Below are positions 13,471 to 26,800 of a stretch of 64,000 nucleotides of DNA, piece after piece. Position numbers and translations under genes: made by a program. Position 1 is the first letter of the stretch. Each line of letters starts with the position of its first letter. The DNA is from the human T2T-CHM13v2.0 reference genome, Homo sapiens. The DNA lies in assembly GCF_009914755.1 (NCBI RefSeq), contig NC_060930.1. The stretch is one strand, 5' to 3'. Below the pieces are notes generated by a model. It ran no database searches and was not told the DNA's origin. It was given only the letters and a program-made list of their open reading frames with translations.

Positions 13471-14602
13471 CAGGGCATAGAAGGGAGCGACGTAAGCCTG
13501 TCAGACCTAAGGAAATTCCCTCAGAGCAGGAGTGCTATTTTCAAACAAATTTTGTTTGTTTGTTTTTTAATTTTTTGTTGTTTGTTTTCAAATCCCAGCA
13601 TTCAGGATATTTCCCATTGCACTTTAGCTAAAAAACAAGCAGCAAGGCCACCCTTTCGTGCAGTTGGTGTTGGGTTACAGAGCAGGGTGGGTAAAGGCCA
13701 AGAGAAACTCAGTCTCAGGAGAGGCACCGTGGGGCCATTTGCCTCCAGCCATCAGCACTGCCACCCCTGGATCTTGGGCAGGGGCATCGGGTCCCCCTGC
13801 TCCCCATGCACAGAGAGCTGTGAGTGCACGGAGCTCTCACTCATTCCTGAGAGTTCGGCTTGGAGCACACAGCTGGGTGTGTGGAGCATGGGGCTGGGCT
13901 GACATCAGCGTCCACCTGGTGATGCAGGGAGGCACCTGTCTCTGCAGAGTCTGTGTGTGGGCCTGTTATCCCAGACTGCATCCTGCAGAGTCAGAAGCAA
14001 AGCTGGCATGAGTGTCTGCACGCTGCGTGAATGGGTGAGACCCACCAGAGATGCTATCCGGGGAGGCCAGGGCCGTGGCAGTGGGAGAGCTCTGATCCAA
14101 GGCCTCTTCCCACAGAGGCTGATGCCCAGCAAGGATCTCACCACAAAGCTTGTCCTCAGCACGGCTAAGGGCCTTGATGCGAAAACAGGACGGGGATGCA
14201 GGGGTGACTGAAGAAGCAGAAAGGACTTGAAAACTACACCCTGCTCTGTCCAAAGCTCAAGATGGTGAAATTAACACCTAAAGCCCTGGTGGCCGGCACG
14301 GGAAAACTTTAGAAGTCCAGAGGTCTGAGGGCACCCTCCTGGTAGGTGGACGGGGCAGAGGAAGGCCGAGGAGGAACCTGGGAATGCTCAGCTGCCTATA
14401 GCAGCAGGCGCTGGGCCAGTGGCGTCAAGGAGGGAGAGGGAGCAGGCTGCACCCACAGCCCTGCAGCCACCACGCAGCCCAGCGTGGAAAGGACTCGAGC
14501 TCTCCTCAATGCCACATGCTGCTGCACCACACTCTCTCTGTTTTCTCTATTTTAGAAGCTGGTGATGAGAAGAGCCCAATGCCGAGTCGTCTTCCTGGTT
14601 GC

Positions 14603-14951
14603 CGGATTCGTCTATGCTCGCAGGGCTGTGAAGGAACGCCTGAGACGGGGTAATTTATAAAGAAAAGAGGTTAATTGTCTCATGGGTCTGCTGGTTGTAC
14701 AGGAAGCATAGCAGCTTCTGCTTTGGGGAGGCCTCAGAAAGCTTCCTCCTGGCAGAAGGCAAAGGGGGAGCAGGCGGGTCACATGGTGGGAGCAGGCGGA
14801 AGGGAGGTGCCACACACTTTTAACAACCACATCTCATGAGAACCCACTCACTCTCACGAGGAGAGTACCAAAGAGGATGGTGCTAAACCATTCATGGCAA
14901 ACTGCCCTGTGAACCAGTCTCCTCCCACCGGGCCCGACTTCCAATGTTGGG
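14603..14951 (-). mobile_element. MSTA-like LTR (truncated)
   Basis: taatttataaagaaaagagg...gtacaggaagcatagc...ggatggtgctaaaccattcatg. Confidence 0.88.
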
Positions 14952-15040
14952 CCCACCTTGTGGCCTCACTTCACTTGATGACATCTGCAAAGAACCTGCT
15001 TCCAAGTAAGGTCACAGCCACAGGCACGAGGCTTAGAACA
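14952..15040 (-). mobile_element. MLT1 (B/C-like) LTR fragment
   Basis: acatctgcaaagaacctgcttccaagtaaggtcaca. Confidence 0.7.
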
Positions 15041-15689
15041 CAACAACTACAAATTTAAAGTTTAAAGCGTTTTAAAAAACAGACCAGGTGGCTTTGGTAA
15101 CGTGCTCTGAGCCTCTTCATTTTCTTTGTGGTCCTGTGTTGACTTGAACTCATCAGTGTGTTTGTCTTGTGTGTTTTCTCGCACACCTTCTATGCATGAG
15201 TTCCCCTAGGGCAAGGACCTCACCCCATATTTACCTACCTGAGGAGTCAGGGCACAGGGTAGGGGACAAAGAACACTGACCAACTCCTGCTTCTCCCCCA
15301 AATCTCTCCAGCCCCCATTCAAAGGACCCTCCATTTTCTGCTATGAAATCTGTTTATTTGCAGTTGAACTCTCCTGGTGGCCAGCCCTGGTGTCTGAAGT
15401 TTAGAATGTGGTGCCATGCTCTTGCATGTTGTGCTTAAAAAGGCTTTTGTTGGAAAAGCTTGTGTGAAGCCACTGGCACCTGTTACGTGAGCACATGTGA
15501 CTCTGCGCTGACCCGTTGCCATTGGGCCCTGGGGAATGACAGAGAGAAAAGATAAATTGGGAAGGAGAAAGCCAGGTGTGGAGTAAAAAGGTGTGAAGAG
15601 AGCAGAGCTGGATGAGAGGACAAGTGAGGAGGCTGGGCATAAACTGTGATCTGGAGAGACAAAGAGGAGGGGGTGCCTGTGTATTTTGT

Positions 15690-15870
15690 GCAGTCGAACG
15701 ACCCGGGTTCAATTCCTGCCTTCATTCCACTCTGAGCCTCAGACCCCCATTCACAGAAGGGGCCTGTGTCATGCAGCTCATGAGTCAGGAGAATTAATGG
15801 GATCGAGGGAGCCTGTTGACTGCTTGGCTCCAATGACAAGCACACAGTAAGAAGCCAATAATATGAATGC
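15690..15870 (+). mobile_element. MIR fragment
   Basis: cccgggttcaattcctg...ctctgagcctcag...gcacacagtaagaagccaataa. Confidence 0.55.
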
Positions 15871-17945
15871 TTTCTGCCTTTCACACCATTTTCATTTGTA
15901 CGTCACTCTCTAGTAAGATTAGTAAAAACGTTCCTATGTTGAAAAAAAAAATGCTTTAGTTGAAAATAAAGGAGCTCGTCTCTTGGTGGAAGATCAAATA
16001 TTCACATTAGCTTCAAGGATTTTCTTGTAATCACACTGAGATCTTAGCCCATTTAATGGAGCATAATACATACATTGTCATTTCAAACAAAGTCCTTGTC
16101 AAAAATGACACTTTGGAATTTTTTTCTTAAAATAAGCAATGTGGGAGAAATTAACTCACAAAGACGTTGAATGCTAAAAGGAATACAAAGCCATCAATAA
16201 ATGAAAGTAGAATATTAAAGACACATTTTCCAGTTTAATATTAAAACAAGCAAGGAGGGGAATCCATGAACTAGACACATTTTGAGTGGCTATAGTTCTT
16301 AGAGCAACAGGAGTGTAGCAGCTGGGGAGGAAATTAGAGAAAAATTAACTGGCAGTTATCTCACGAAATGAATATACAAAGACCACCCCCTAAAGGAATT
16401 ACTGAATATATTCTTCTATTCACAGTAGCAGGAAACAGACTGACATAGTGAATTAGAAACAGCTGAGCAAATACCCATTTTCTAAAATGGACACATTTCT
16501 AGAAGAGCACAAACCCAGACACACCCAGACAGCCTCCCTCTTGGTTTCATGTCTACAGGGGCCAGCTCAGAGTGGGCTCAGAGTGGCGCCTGCCCAGGAT
16601 TGCACAAGACTCTTCACTGGGAAGGGAAAAAAATACAGTCACATCTTCAAGTCCCGTCTTTTTTAGTTCCTGTTTGGGGTATTATCTACAATACACATTC
16701 TTTATTTGCACAGTAGCGTCTCTGAGTACTGCTTTATACAGATTATTCTGTTCAAAGGTTCTTATTGATGGCTGTGCACTTGAACACTCCCCAGAAGACA
16801 GGAGATGGACAGGACGACAGAGGGGACAAGGAGAAAAGTAGACAGAGAGACCATCAGGATGTCCAAGCCAATGACATTGGACGCTTTTCCTAAAGCAAGA
16901 AAATGCACCATAGACACTATGCTAAACATCTAGACAGGATCCGAGAAATGAGTTTCATTGTTTAGAAATTTTTACTGTGTGAGAAAGAACTTAAAAAGCA
17001 CTTTATGGGCATTAAAAAGAATACAATGTATGTGCTTACAGTTTCAAAGGGTTCAAGGTTGGTTTTAAATGAAATAAGATTTAAAGGTTATTTGTAGATT
17101 TCAAATTTTATTTGCATTTTTCATAGATTATGATTTTTATCTACATCTGACACTGGTGATTTGACAGCATATAATTTATTCTCCATTCAAAGACACACTG
17201 ACAGCCTAGAGTGGGGAGCAAGACAGCAGAAGAGGTCTCTCTCGTGATGATTCCCTCACAAAAACACCAATTTGAACATGCAAATGAAAGTACCATCACA
17301 AGAGCTGAGTCAATCAGATGTGAGACCATACCACTGGGTTATAGCACAATAAGAAAAGATGTGTCAAATAAGATACAAAGTTCTCTTTTCCATTATCCAC
17401 ATCACCCCTCCTCCAGCCCAGGAGCATAGCATGGAGAGACTGTCTGCTCAGGGGAAACCGGGAAGTGAGCAAAGATGTCCAAATACTGAGCCCGCCGCAG
17501 TAAAATCCAGCACTGGGCAGGCCTCCATGGCCCCAGAGTCCAGGTTGGAACCCAAAGACTGAGCCTCCAGACCTGCTGCAGTGCCAGGCTGGACCACATA
17601 GCCTCAGGCTTCTGGCTTGCGTGGCTAACTTGACCTCTGGCCCACGCAACTCCTCAGTCAATGTCAGCAGCCCCGGCCTCCCTACAGTCCTCATCAGCAG
17701 GCAGGACCCAATGGCTCCTAGCTTCAGGTAGGCCCCAGCACAGTACCAGTGGGCCCCAGGCTTCTGGCTTGCCCCAGCACTGCTCCAGCCAGGTTGAGCC
17801 CTGAGCTTCTGGCTCACCCAAGCAATGCACCAGGTGCAGCAACTGCAGACTTCTGGCATGCCCCAGTGCCATGCACATTGGTAGCAGTCCCAGGCTTCAG
17901 AACTAAGCCAGAAAGCCTGCTTAGAATCTCTGGACAGGCTGACTT

Positions 17946-18153
17946 TATATATATATATACGTGCATATATATATATACACACACACATATATATGTATGT
18001 ATATATATATACATACATATATATGAGTGTATATATATACATACATATATGTGTATATATACACACACACATATATGTGTATATATATGTGTGTATATAT
18101 ATGTGTGTATATATATATGTGTGTGTGTATATATATGTGTGTGTATATATATA

Positions 18154-18186
<33 letters not shown>

Positions 18187-18231
18187 GTGTGTATATATAT
18201 ATATAGAGAGAGAGAGAGAGAAAGAGAGAGA
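17946..18231. repeat. Compound (TA/CA/TG/GA) microsatellite in the place of the AluJ tail
   Basis: Read directly; lies inside the Alu TSD pair. Confidence 0.95.
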
Positions 18232-18508
18232 GGCTCTTGCTTTGTCACCCAGGCTGGAATGCAGTGTTATGATCATGGCTCACTGTGGCCTCCACCTCCA
18301 AGGCTGAAGAAATCCTCCCATCTCAGCCTCCCAAGTAGCTGGGAATACATGCACATGCCAAGACACCCAGTTAATTTTGTTTATTTTTTGCAAAGACAGG
18401 GTCTCACTATGTTGCCCAGATTGGCCTCAACCTCCTGGACTCAAGCGATCCTCCCACCTCAGCTTCCCAGAGTGTTGGAATTACAGGCATGAACCACTGT
18501 GCCTGGCC
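18225..18508 (-). mobile_element. AluJ inserted in L1
   Basis: J-type features (gatcatggctcactg, ctcactatgttgccc, ctcaagcgatcctccc). TSD caggc(t/a)gact at 17935-17944 and 18509-18518. Confidence 0.92.
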
Positions 18509-21500
18509 CAGGCAGACTACTGAAGGGCTTTCCCAGACAAAGCACTTCTCAGAAGACTGAAATAGATACCTACATCTGCAAATATACCAACATCAATGCA
18601 TAGCCACAAGGGTTAAGAACAATCAGGGAAACATGACATCACCAATGCAACAAACTAAAGTGTTATTGACCAACCTTAAAGAAATGGAGATAAATAAACT
18701 TCCTGAAAAACAATTTAAAGTAACTTTTAAAGAAGCTTAGCAAACTTCAAGAAAAGGCAGAGAAGCAATTCAATGAATTAAGGAAAACAATAACTGGCCA
18801 GATGAGAAATTTAATAGAGAGATTGCAATAATTAAATAAATAAATAAAACAGAAATCCTGGAGCTGAAAAATTCAAATACAATGAATGAAATGAAAAATT
18901 TAATAGAGTATCAATAGTAAAATTGATAAAGCAGAAGAAAGAATCTATGAACTCAAAGATAAGTTATTTGAAAATATACACTCAGAGGGAAAAAAGAATG
19001 AAAATAAATGAAAAAAGCTTATGGGATTTATGAAACAGCATAAAAAGAGCAAATATTTGAATCATAGGAGTTAAAGAAGAAGAGGAAGATAAAGTGGTAA
19101 AAAGTGTATTTAAACGAAGAGTTAAAAAAAAAAAGAAACAGTAGCAGAAACTTTTAAAACCTGAAAATACACTTAAGTATCCAGGTACAGGAAAGTCAAA
19201 GGTCACCAATCCAAATAAGATTCAATCCAAATAAGACTACCCCAGACATATAATCATATTGTCAAAAATCAAAGACATAGAGAGGATTCTGGGGGCAGCA
19301 AGAGGAAAAAAAGCAAATAACATATAAGGGACTTCCCAAACAGCTATCAGCAGACCTTTCAGAAGAAACTTTACAGGAGGCAGTGGGATGATATATTCCG
19401 AGTGTTTAAGAAACAACAACAAAAAAATGCCAAGCAAGAATATTGTACCCAGCAAAGCTGTTCTTCACTAATTAAGAAAGGATATTTTCTTAGACAAACG
19501 CTGACAGAGTTCATAACTATCAGAGCTGTTTTACAAGAAATGCTAAAGGGAGTTCTTCCAGTATAAATTTGTTGGTAAAAGTAAGTACACAGTCAAATTT
19601 AGAACTCTGCCACTATAGTGGTGGTGTGCAAATTACTTATATCTTTACTATGAAGGTTAAAAGACAAAGTTATTAAAAATAACTATAGCTGCAAAAATTG
19701 TTAAGGATATGCAATGTAAGAAAAGGACACACATAGACTGAAAGTGAAGGAATAGGTAAAGACAGTCCATGCAAATGGAAATCAAAATAGGAATAGTTAT
19801 ATCAGATAAAATAGACTTTAAAAAACTGTAAAAAAAGGACAAAGAGGGTCATTAATAACAACAAAAGAAACAATCCAGCAAGAAGATATAATGATTATTA
19901 ATATTTTATATAATATTTATATAATATTTGGTCTATATATTTAGATACTGGAATTGGAGTATACAAATTTATGAAGCAAATATTAATAGAGCTGAAGGGA
20001 GATATAGACTGTAACACAATAATAGTGGGGAACATCAATATGCCACTTTCGACATTGGTCAGATCAGCTATACAGAAAGTAAATAAGGAAGCATTGAACT
20101 TAAACTATACTCTAGACCAAATGGACATAACAGACATATCTAGAACATTCCATCCAGCAGCTGCAGAATACTCATTTTTCTCAACTGCACATGGAACAGT
20201 TCCTAGAATAATTATGTGCTAGGCTACAAAGCAAATCTTAACAAATTTAAGATTAAAAGTAACTTTTCTGACCACAGTGGTATAAAACTAGGAATCAATT
20301 ACATAAGGAACTTTGGAAAATTCACAAATACATGCAAGTTAAACATGCTATTGAACAACCAATGAAGCCATGAAGAAATTAAAAGGGAAATGTAAAATTT
20401 TGTTCAGGCAAACAAAAGTGAAAATATGACATACCAAAACTTGTGGGATATAGGAAAGGCAGTTCTAAAGGGAAGTTTATAGCAATCAACTCCTACACAA
20501 AAAAAAGAAGGACACTAAATAAACAACCTAACATTGCACCTCAAGGAATCAGAAAAACAAGAACAAACTAACCCCAAAGTAAGTAAAAGGAAGAAAATAA
20601 TAAAGGTCACAGCAGGAATAAATGAAATAGAGACTAAAAAAATAGAAAAGATCAACAAAAATGAGAGTTGTGCTTTTAAACAGATAAATAAATTCCACTA
20701 GACTTTAGTTAAACTAAGAAAAAAAGAGAATGTGCAAATAAAATCATAGATAAAAAGAGAGGCATTTCAACTGATACAACAGAAATACAAAAAAAAACAT
20801 GAGACTAATATGAGCAATTATATGCCAACAAATTGAATAACCTAAAAGAAATAAATTCCTTGACACATATAACTTATCAAAACTGAATCATAAAGAAATA
20901 GAAAACCTGAACAGACCAATAATGAGTAATGAGATCAAAACAGTAATAAAAAGTCTCTCATCAAAGAAAAGGCAAGAACTGTATGGCTTTTGTTTAATTC
21001 TATCAAACATTTAAAGAAAAACTAATACCAATTATTGTTAAAATCTTTCAAAACATTGAAGAAAATAGAACACTTCTCAACTCATTTTACAAGGCCAACA
21101 TTACGCCAATACCAAAGCTGAACAAGGACAGCACACACACAGACACACGCACACACACACACAGAGGCATGCACAAAAAGAAAAGAGCAGGCCAATATCC
21201 TTGATGAAGATAGATGCAAAACTCCTCAACAAAATACTAGCAAACCAAATTTAACAATACATCAAAAAGATCATTCACCATGGTAATGTGGGATTCATCT
21301 CAGGAATACAAGGATGGTTCAGCATACGTAAATCAAAATAAATGTGACACATCACATTAACATATTTCAGGATAAAAACCATACAATCATTTCAATAGAT
21401 GCAGAAAAATCATTTGATAAAATTCAAAATCCTTCATGATGAAAACTCTCAATAAAATAGATATAGAAGGAAAGTACCTAAACATAATAAAGGCCATGCA

Positions 21501-22718
21501 TGACACACCCCAGCTTACATCATATTGAACAAGGAAAAGTTGAAAGCTTTTCCTCTAAGATCTAGAACAAGACAAGGATGCCCCCTTACCACTTCTATGC
21601 AACTTCTAGCATTGGAAGTCCTAGCAAGAGCAATTAGGCAAAAGAAAGAATTAAAAGGCATCCAAATTGGAAAGGAACAAGTTAAATTGTCCCTGTTTGC
21701 AGATGACATGATCTTATATATAGACAACCCTAAAGACTATTTAAAAACTGTTAGAACAAATAAATTCGGGAAACTTGCAAGATACAAAATGAACATACAA
21801 AAATCTGTAGTGTTTCTATATATTAACAGTGAACTATCCAAAAAAAAAGAAATCAAGAAAACAATCCCATTTACAGTAGCTGCCAAAAAATAAAATAGAA
21901 ATAAATGTAACCCAAGAGTGAAAGGTCTCTGTATTGAAAACTATAAAATACTGATGAAAGTAATTGAAGTAGACACAAATAAACAAAAAGATGTTCTGTT
22001 TTCATGGATCAGAAAAATTAGTACTAATAAACTGTCCATACTACACAAAGTGATCTACAGATTCAATGCCATCTCTGTCAAAATACCAATTCTATTCTTC
22101 ACAGAAATAGAAAAAACATCCTAAAATGTGTATGGAGCCACAAAAGACCTCCAACAGCCAAAGTAATCTTGAGCAACAAGAACAAAGCAGGAGGCATAAT
22201 GCTACCTGACTTCAAAATATACTAAAAGGTACGGTAAACAAAACAGCACTATACTGACATAAAAACAGACACATAGACCAATGGAACAGAATAGGTAGCC
22301 CAGAAATAAACCCACATATTTACAGCCAGCTCATTTTCAACAAGGATGCTAAGAACATGCAGTGGGGAAAGGACAGTCTTCAATAAATAGCATTGGGAAG
22401 GCTGGATATTCACATGTAGAATGACACTAGACCCCTAACTCACACCATATACAAAAATCAATTCCAAACGCATTAAAGACTTCAGTGTAAGACCCAAAAC
22501 TATAAAACTACCATAAGAAAACATAGGGAAAAGCTCAATGACATTGGTCTGGGTGATAATTTTTTGGATATATCCTCAAAAGCACAGATAACAAAAGCAA
22601 AAATAGACAAATGGGATTACACAGCAAGGAAAGAATCAACAGAGTGAAGAGACAGCCCACAGAATGGGATAAAATATTTGCAAACTCTATAACTGATAAG
22701 GGATTAATATCCAAAATA

Positions 22719-23156
22719 TAGTCATGTGATGCTTAATGACAGGAATACGTTCTGAGATGTGTCATTACAAGATTTAATTGTTGTGTGAATATCATTAGAG
22801 TGTACTTACACACACCTAGATGGTACAGCACACTACACACTTAGGCTATACAGTATAGCCTATTGCTCCAAGGCTACAAACCTATACAGCGTGTTACTAT
22901 ACTGAATACTAGAGGCAATTGTAACACAACATTAGGTGTTTGTGTATCTAAACATAGTAAAATTACAGTAAAAAATGGTCTTAAAATTGTATGGACCACT
23001 GTTGTATATGTGCTCCATGATTGTACAAAATGTCAGGTGGCGTCACCACTATGTCCTCGTGCCATGCAGGCCGGCTCACCTGTGGAGCTGCAGCCACTGG
23101 TGTGGGGTTGTGGGGTGTAGGGTGGGGGTGGGCATAGGTTGTGCTGGGCATGAGTG
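22719..23156 (-). mobile_element. Tigger3a (MER7A/Golem derivative) nested in L1 ORF2
   Basis: Left end TA+tagtcatg..gcttaatgacaggaatacgttctgag; internal ggctacaaacct..gcaattgtaacacaa. Right TIR remnant ttgtgctgggcatgagtg at 23139-23156, after which L1 resumes in register. Confidence 0.9.
23032..23138 (-). other. Inverted local copy of 25119-25225 inserted in the Tigger3a end
   Basis: 107-bp reverse-complement match with ~9 mismatches. Also visible as the shared peptide QVASP.CPRAMQAGSPVELQPLVWGC in two opposite-strand ORFs. Confidence 0.95.
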
Positions 23157-23470
23157 CATATAAAGAACTCAAACAACTCAATAGCAAGAAAACAACACTT
23201 TCTATAAATGGACGAAGCATCTGAGTAGACATTTCTGAAAAGAAGACATACAAATGGTCAATAGATTTACGGAAAAACACTCATCACTAATCATCAGGAA
23301 AACACAAATTAAAACCACAATGAGATATCGCCTCATATCTGTTAAGATGGTTGTTATCAAAAAGACAAAAGATTTAACAAGTGTTGGCAAGGATGTGGAG
23401 AAAAGAGAGCCCTCACACACTGTTGGCAGAAATATAAATTAGTACAACCATTATAGAAAACAGCATGGAA

Positions 23471-23592
23471 GATGGGAGAGGAGGGAAAGAGAAGGAGGGG
23501 GAGGAGAAAGACAAGGGGAGGGGAGGAGAAAGAGGCGGAGTGGAAGAGGGAGAGGTGGAGGGGGGAGGGGAGAGGAGGCAGGAGAGGAGAGG
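23471..23592. repeat. Polypurine (G/A) tract
   Basis: Almost exclusively G and A for ~120 bp. Confidence 0.9.
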
Positions 23593-23799
23593 GTGTTTCC
23601 AGCCAGGGTGAAGTTCAGGACACTGCATAGGTGCGCTCATTCCTATCTTGCCCTCTGCACTTGCTCACCCCCCAATCTGATGACCCCTGAAGTGGCCCTT
23701 GTCAGAGCACCATGGAGAAGGTGCTGACATTTTCCAAACCAAAGCTTGTAGATGTGGCTGACTCTGGATTAAATGCGTGAAATTTGTGACTCGGAACCC

Positions 23800-23955
23800 G
23801 GGTGGGGGGTCTAAGCAAGACCCAACACCATCATCAACAAGTTCTTTGAGTAACTCATTTGCCATTTCTGAGCCTCCATTTCCACAGATTTAAAATAACG
23901 AGGCCCAGGAGAGATGACCCCTATGGTCTCTTTTAGTTGTCAACATTTTCCTAAG
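23800..23955 (+). mobile_element. MIR3/MIRc-like fragment
   Basis: ttctgagcctccatttcc...agatgacccctatggtctcttttag. Confidence 0.5.
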
Positions 23956-25949
23956 AATCTAGACCTCCTCAAGAGTTTGTTCCTAATTTTCAAGGAATGA
24001 GTCGGCTGAGCCCTGCAGTGCCCTAGTCATGTTGACACAGATGTGGATGCCAGCCTGGGGACAGGATTAACAACTCAGAGCCCGGGAGACTCCCGCCTGC
24101 CGAGCTTCCAAGGGCTCGTGGAGCTGGAACTAGGGAGGGGTGCGGAACTAAACTGTTCCTTCCTCTGATAATAGAAGTGTTCCATTGAAATTCCAACAAT
24201 TATCCATTCTTCCTTTAGCATTTAATCATCTGGACACTTTCAGAGGGAATCATGGCAGGCATTGCTCTCTGTGTTATTCTCCACAGCGCCCCAGCAGTGC
24301 AGCCCGACTACCAGCCGATTTGCTCAGATGAGTCAGCAGCCTGAGAAAAACTACACAATGGATGAGGCCAAATAGTAACAGAAATCGGAGCTAAACAACA
24401 TACAGATCCCCTTTGTGTGGCACTGAAGCCGAACGAGACCCTGGGAGTCTACAATGAGACAGGCCTTTCCTGCCTGACATGTGGACCCGCCAAGTGAACC
24501 CCACCACACCCGGTCACTGAACGCCGACCTCCAGGGGACCACATACGCACGCACATGCACACATGTGCCCATCTGGTCTGGTCACCTACTGGGAGGCTGT
24601 TCTTCGTTGAGGCCAGGCTCAGAAGCCCTGCGGTCCCTGGGTAGGCCATGGCAAGCGTCTAGGGCACCATCAGGACCCCTACCCAAGGGGTGTGGGGCTA
24701 TTCTGCCCCTGCTCTCCTTTCTGAGTGACCTGAGAGGTGTGGACAGCAGCCACCGAGGATCCGCTGTGTGGTGCCGCTGGCCTGTGGAGGCTTCCTCAGG
24801 GTCCTCTCTCCTCCATTCAGGCTCCACATTTGTCACCAATGAAAACGGTGGGATAGGCACACCCGAGGCCCCACACAGAGGATGCCATGTGAGACCCTGC
24901 TCCATCCTCCTCCTTCAGAGGAGCCCACGCCAACCTCTGGCTGAGACCTTTCATCCAGCAAGGTACCTCCTGCAGTGGAGTCTCACTCTTAAATTCCTGT
25001 CCAAGAAACCGACCAAAAGCTGTTTTAGGGCAGGTGGTACCGCAGGGCCGTGAGCAGAGGAGATTGTACCCTGAGCTTCCACTCCCTCTCCCAAAACAGG
25101 AGTGCTGCTACCCCTCACCCTACGCCCACTCCCAGCCCACACCCGACAACCCCACACCAGTGGCTGCAGCTCCACAGGTGAGCCTGCCTGCATGGCACGA
25201 GGACACGGTGGTGATGCCACCTGACTCGGCTTCAGCAGCCTGCGGACCCAGGTGGGAAGGGGCTTCACGAGGCGGTGGCTCATGCCTCCTTTAGGAACAA
25301 CATGTTCCAACCCAGTGGCCAGCCCTCAGGTCTGGAGCACCGCAGCATGGCTGCAGGAGAGGGAAGCACCCAGATGGACTGGCAGGCAAGGACTCTCTGG
25401 GTCCCATGCCCAGCACAGGCTGTGGGGAGTAAAACACATCCCCCTAAAGGAAGTTTCCTTCACATCTTCACCCCCACAGACCCTGCCTTTCCCTCCAACA
25501 CAGCCCTGCCCAAATCCTCTGGGAGGAAGCAGAACCTCCCGTGCCCTGAAACGTGTCAGGTCCCTGGGGGCTGAGCAGACGGCGCCCACGCCCTTAATCC
25601 ACAAACGGGAGCCTTTAGAGCAAATGTTTTAAACGCCCACTCTCACAAAGGCGGTCGGAAGTTTATGGAACTCAATACTGCTCTTTAAGGAGTCCAGGCA
25701 AAAATATAAATGCTCTCCGATGGGTTTGGCCAATTTCTGAACCATAGAGCTATAAAGGATGTCTGCAGGAGACTGAGGCACAGCAACGCCAAGGACAGTG
25801 TCAGAAAACAAACTACCAACTGGCACATCACATCTCAGGAGGCTCTGCAGAGGCATGACAGAAATTCCCAGACTTCTAAGCTGCAAACAGTCTCGAAGCC
25901 TTGTATGAGGCACATCACCACCACAACCTTAACCCTCTGGGTTCTTAAG

Positions 25950-26800
25950 CCAGAACACAGACATACAGACACAAATGTGCGCACGGCACCACACCACACC
26001 ATCACCTCCCTATGCAGAGAAGGCACACACACAGCATTACCATCACCACCTCCACCACCATTATCACCTCCACCTCCACCACCACCTCCTCCCTATATAC
26101 AAACACAAACATGCACACAGCACCACACACCATCACCTCCCTATGCGGAGAACGCACACACACACCATTACCATCACAAGCATCACCTCCACCTCCACCG
26201 CCACCTCCTGCCTACATACAAACACAAACATGCTCACAGCACCCCACCATCACCTCCTATGCAGGGAACACACACACACACCATTACCATCACCACCTCC
26301 ACCACCATTGTCACCTCCACCTCCACCGCCACCTCCTCCCTACACACAAACACAAACATGCTCACAGCACCACACCATCACCTCCTATGCAGGGAACACA
26401 CACACACACCATTACCATCACCACCTCCACCACCATTAACACCTCCACCTCCACCACCACCTCCTCCCTACACACAAACACAAACATGCTCACAGCACTA
26501 TGCCACATCATCACCTCCCTATGCAGAGAACATACACACACCATTACCAACACAACCATCACCTCCACGTCCATCACCTCCTCCCTACACACAAACACAA
26601 ACATGCACACAGCACACCACACCATCACCTCCCTACGCAGAGAACACACACACACCATTACCATCACCACCACCATTATCACCTCCATCTCCACCACCAC
26701 CACCATTTTCACCATTATCACCACCACCTCCACCACCAACACTTTCCTACATACAGAACGCAAACACACACAGAATCACACCACACCATCACTGCACTAC
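25950..26800. repeat. ~115-125-bp C/A-rich minisatellite x~6-7
   Basis: Recurring acaaacacaaacatgc.cacagcac...catcacctcc(c)tatgcag.gaacacacac. Confidence 0.9.

Larger units (their letters stand above)
17215..23470 (+). mobile_element. Old L1 (L1M/L1MA-type): 5'UTR, ORF1 and ORF2 relics, 3'UTR missing; dead
   Basis: A-rich + strand. Endonuclease-like peptide at 19971-20222 (NTIIVGNIN..LDQMDITDISRTFHP). RT peptide at 21525-21893 (QGCPL..SLFADDMILY). Many stops and frameshifts. Confidence 0.93.

Noticed and set aside
19971-22124. Endonuclease and reverse-transcriptase peptides
   Set aside because: Fragments of a dead L1 ORF2, not an active or novel RT system.
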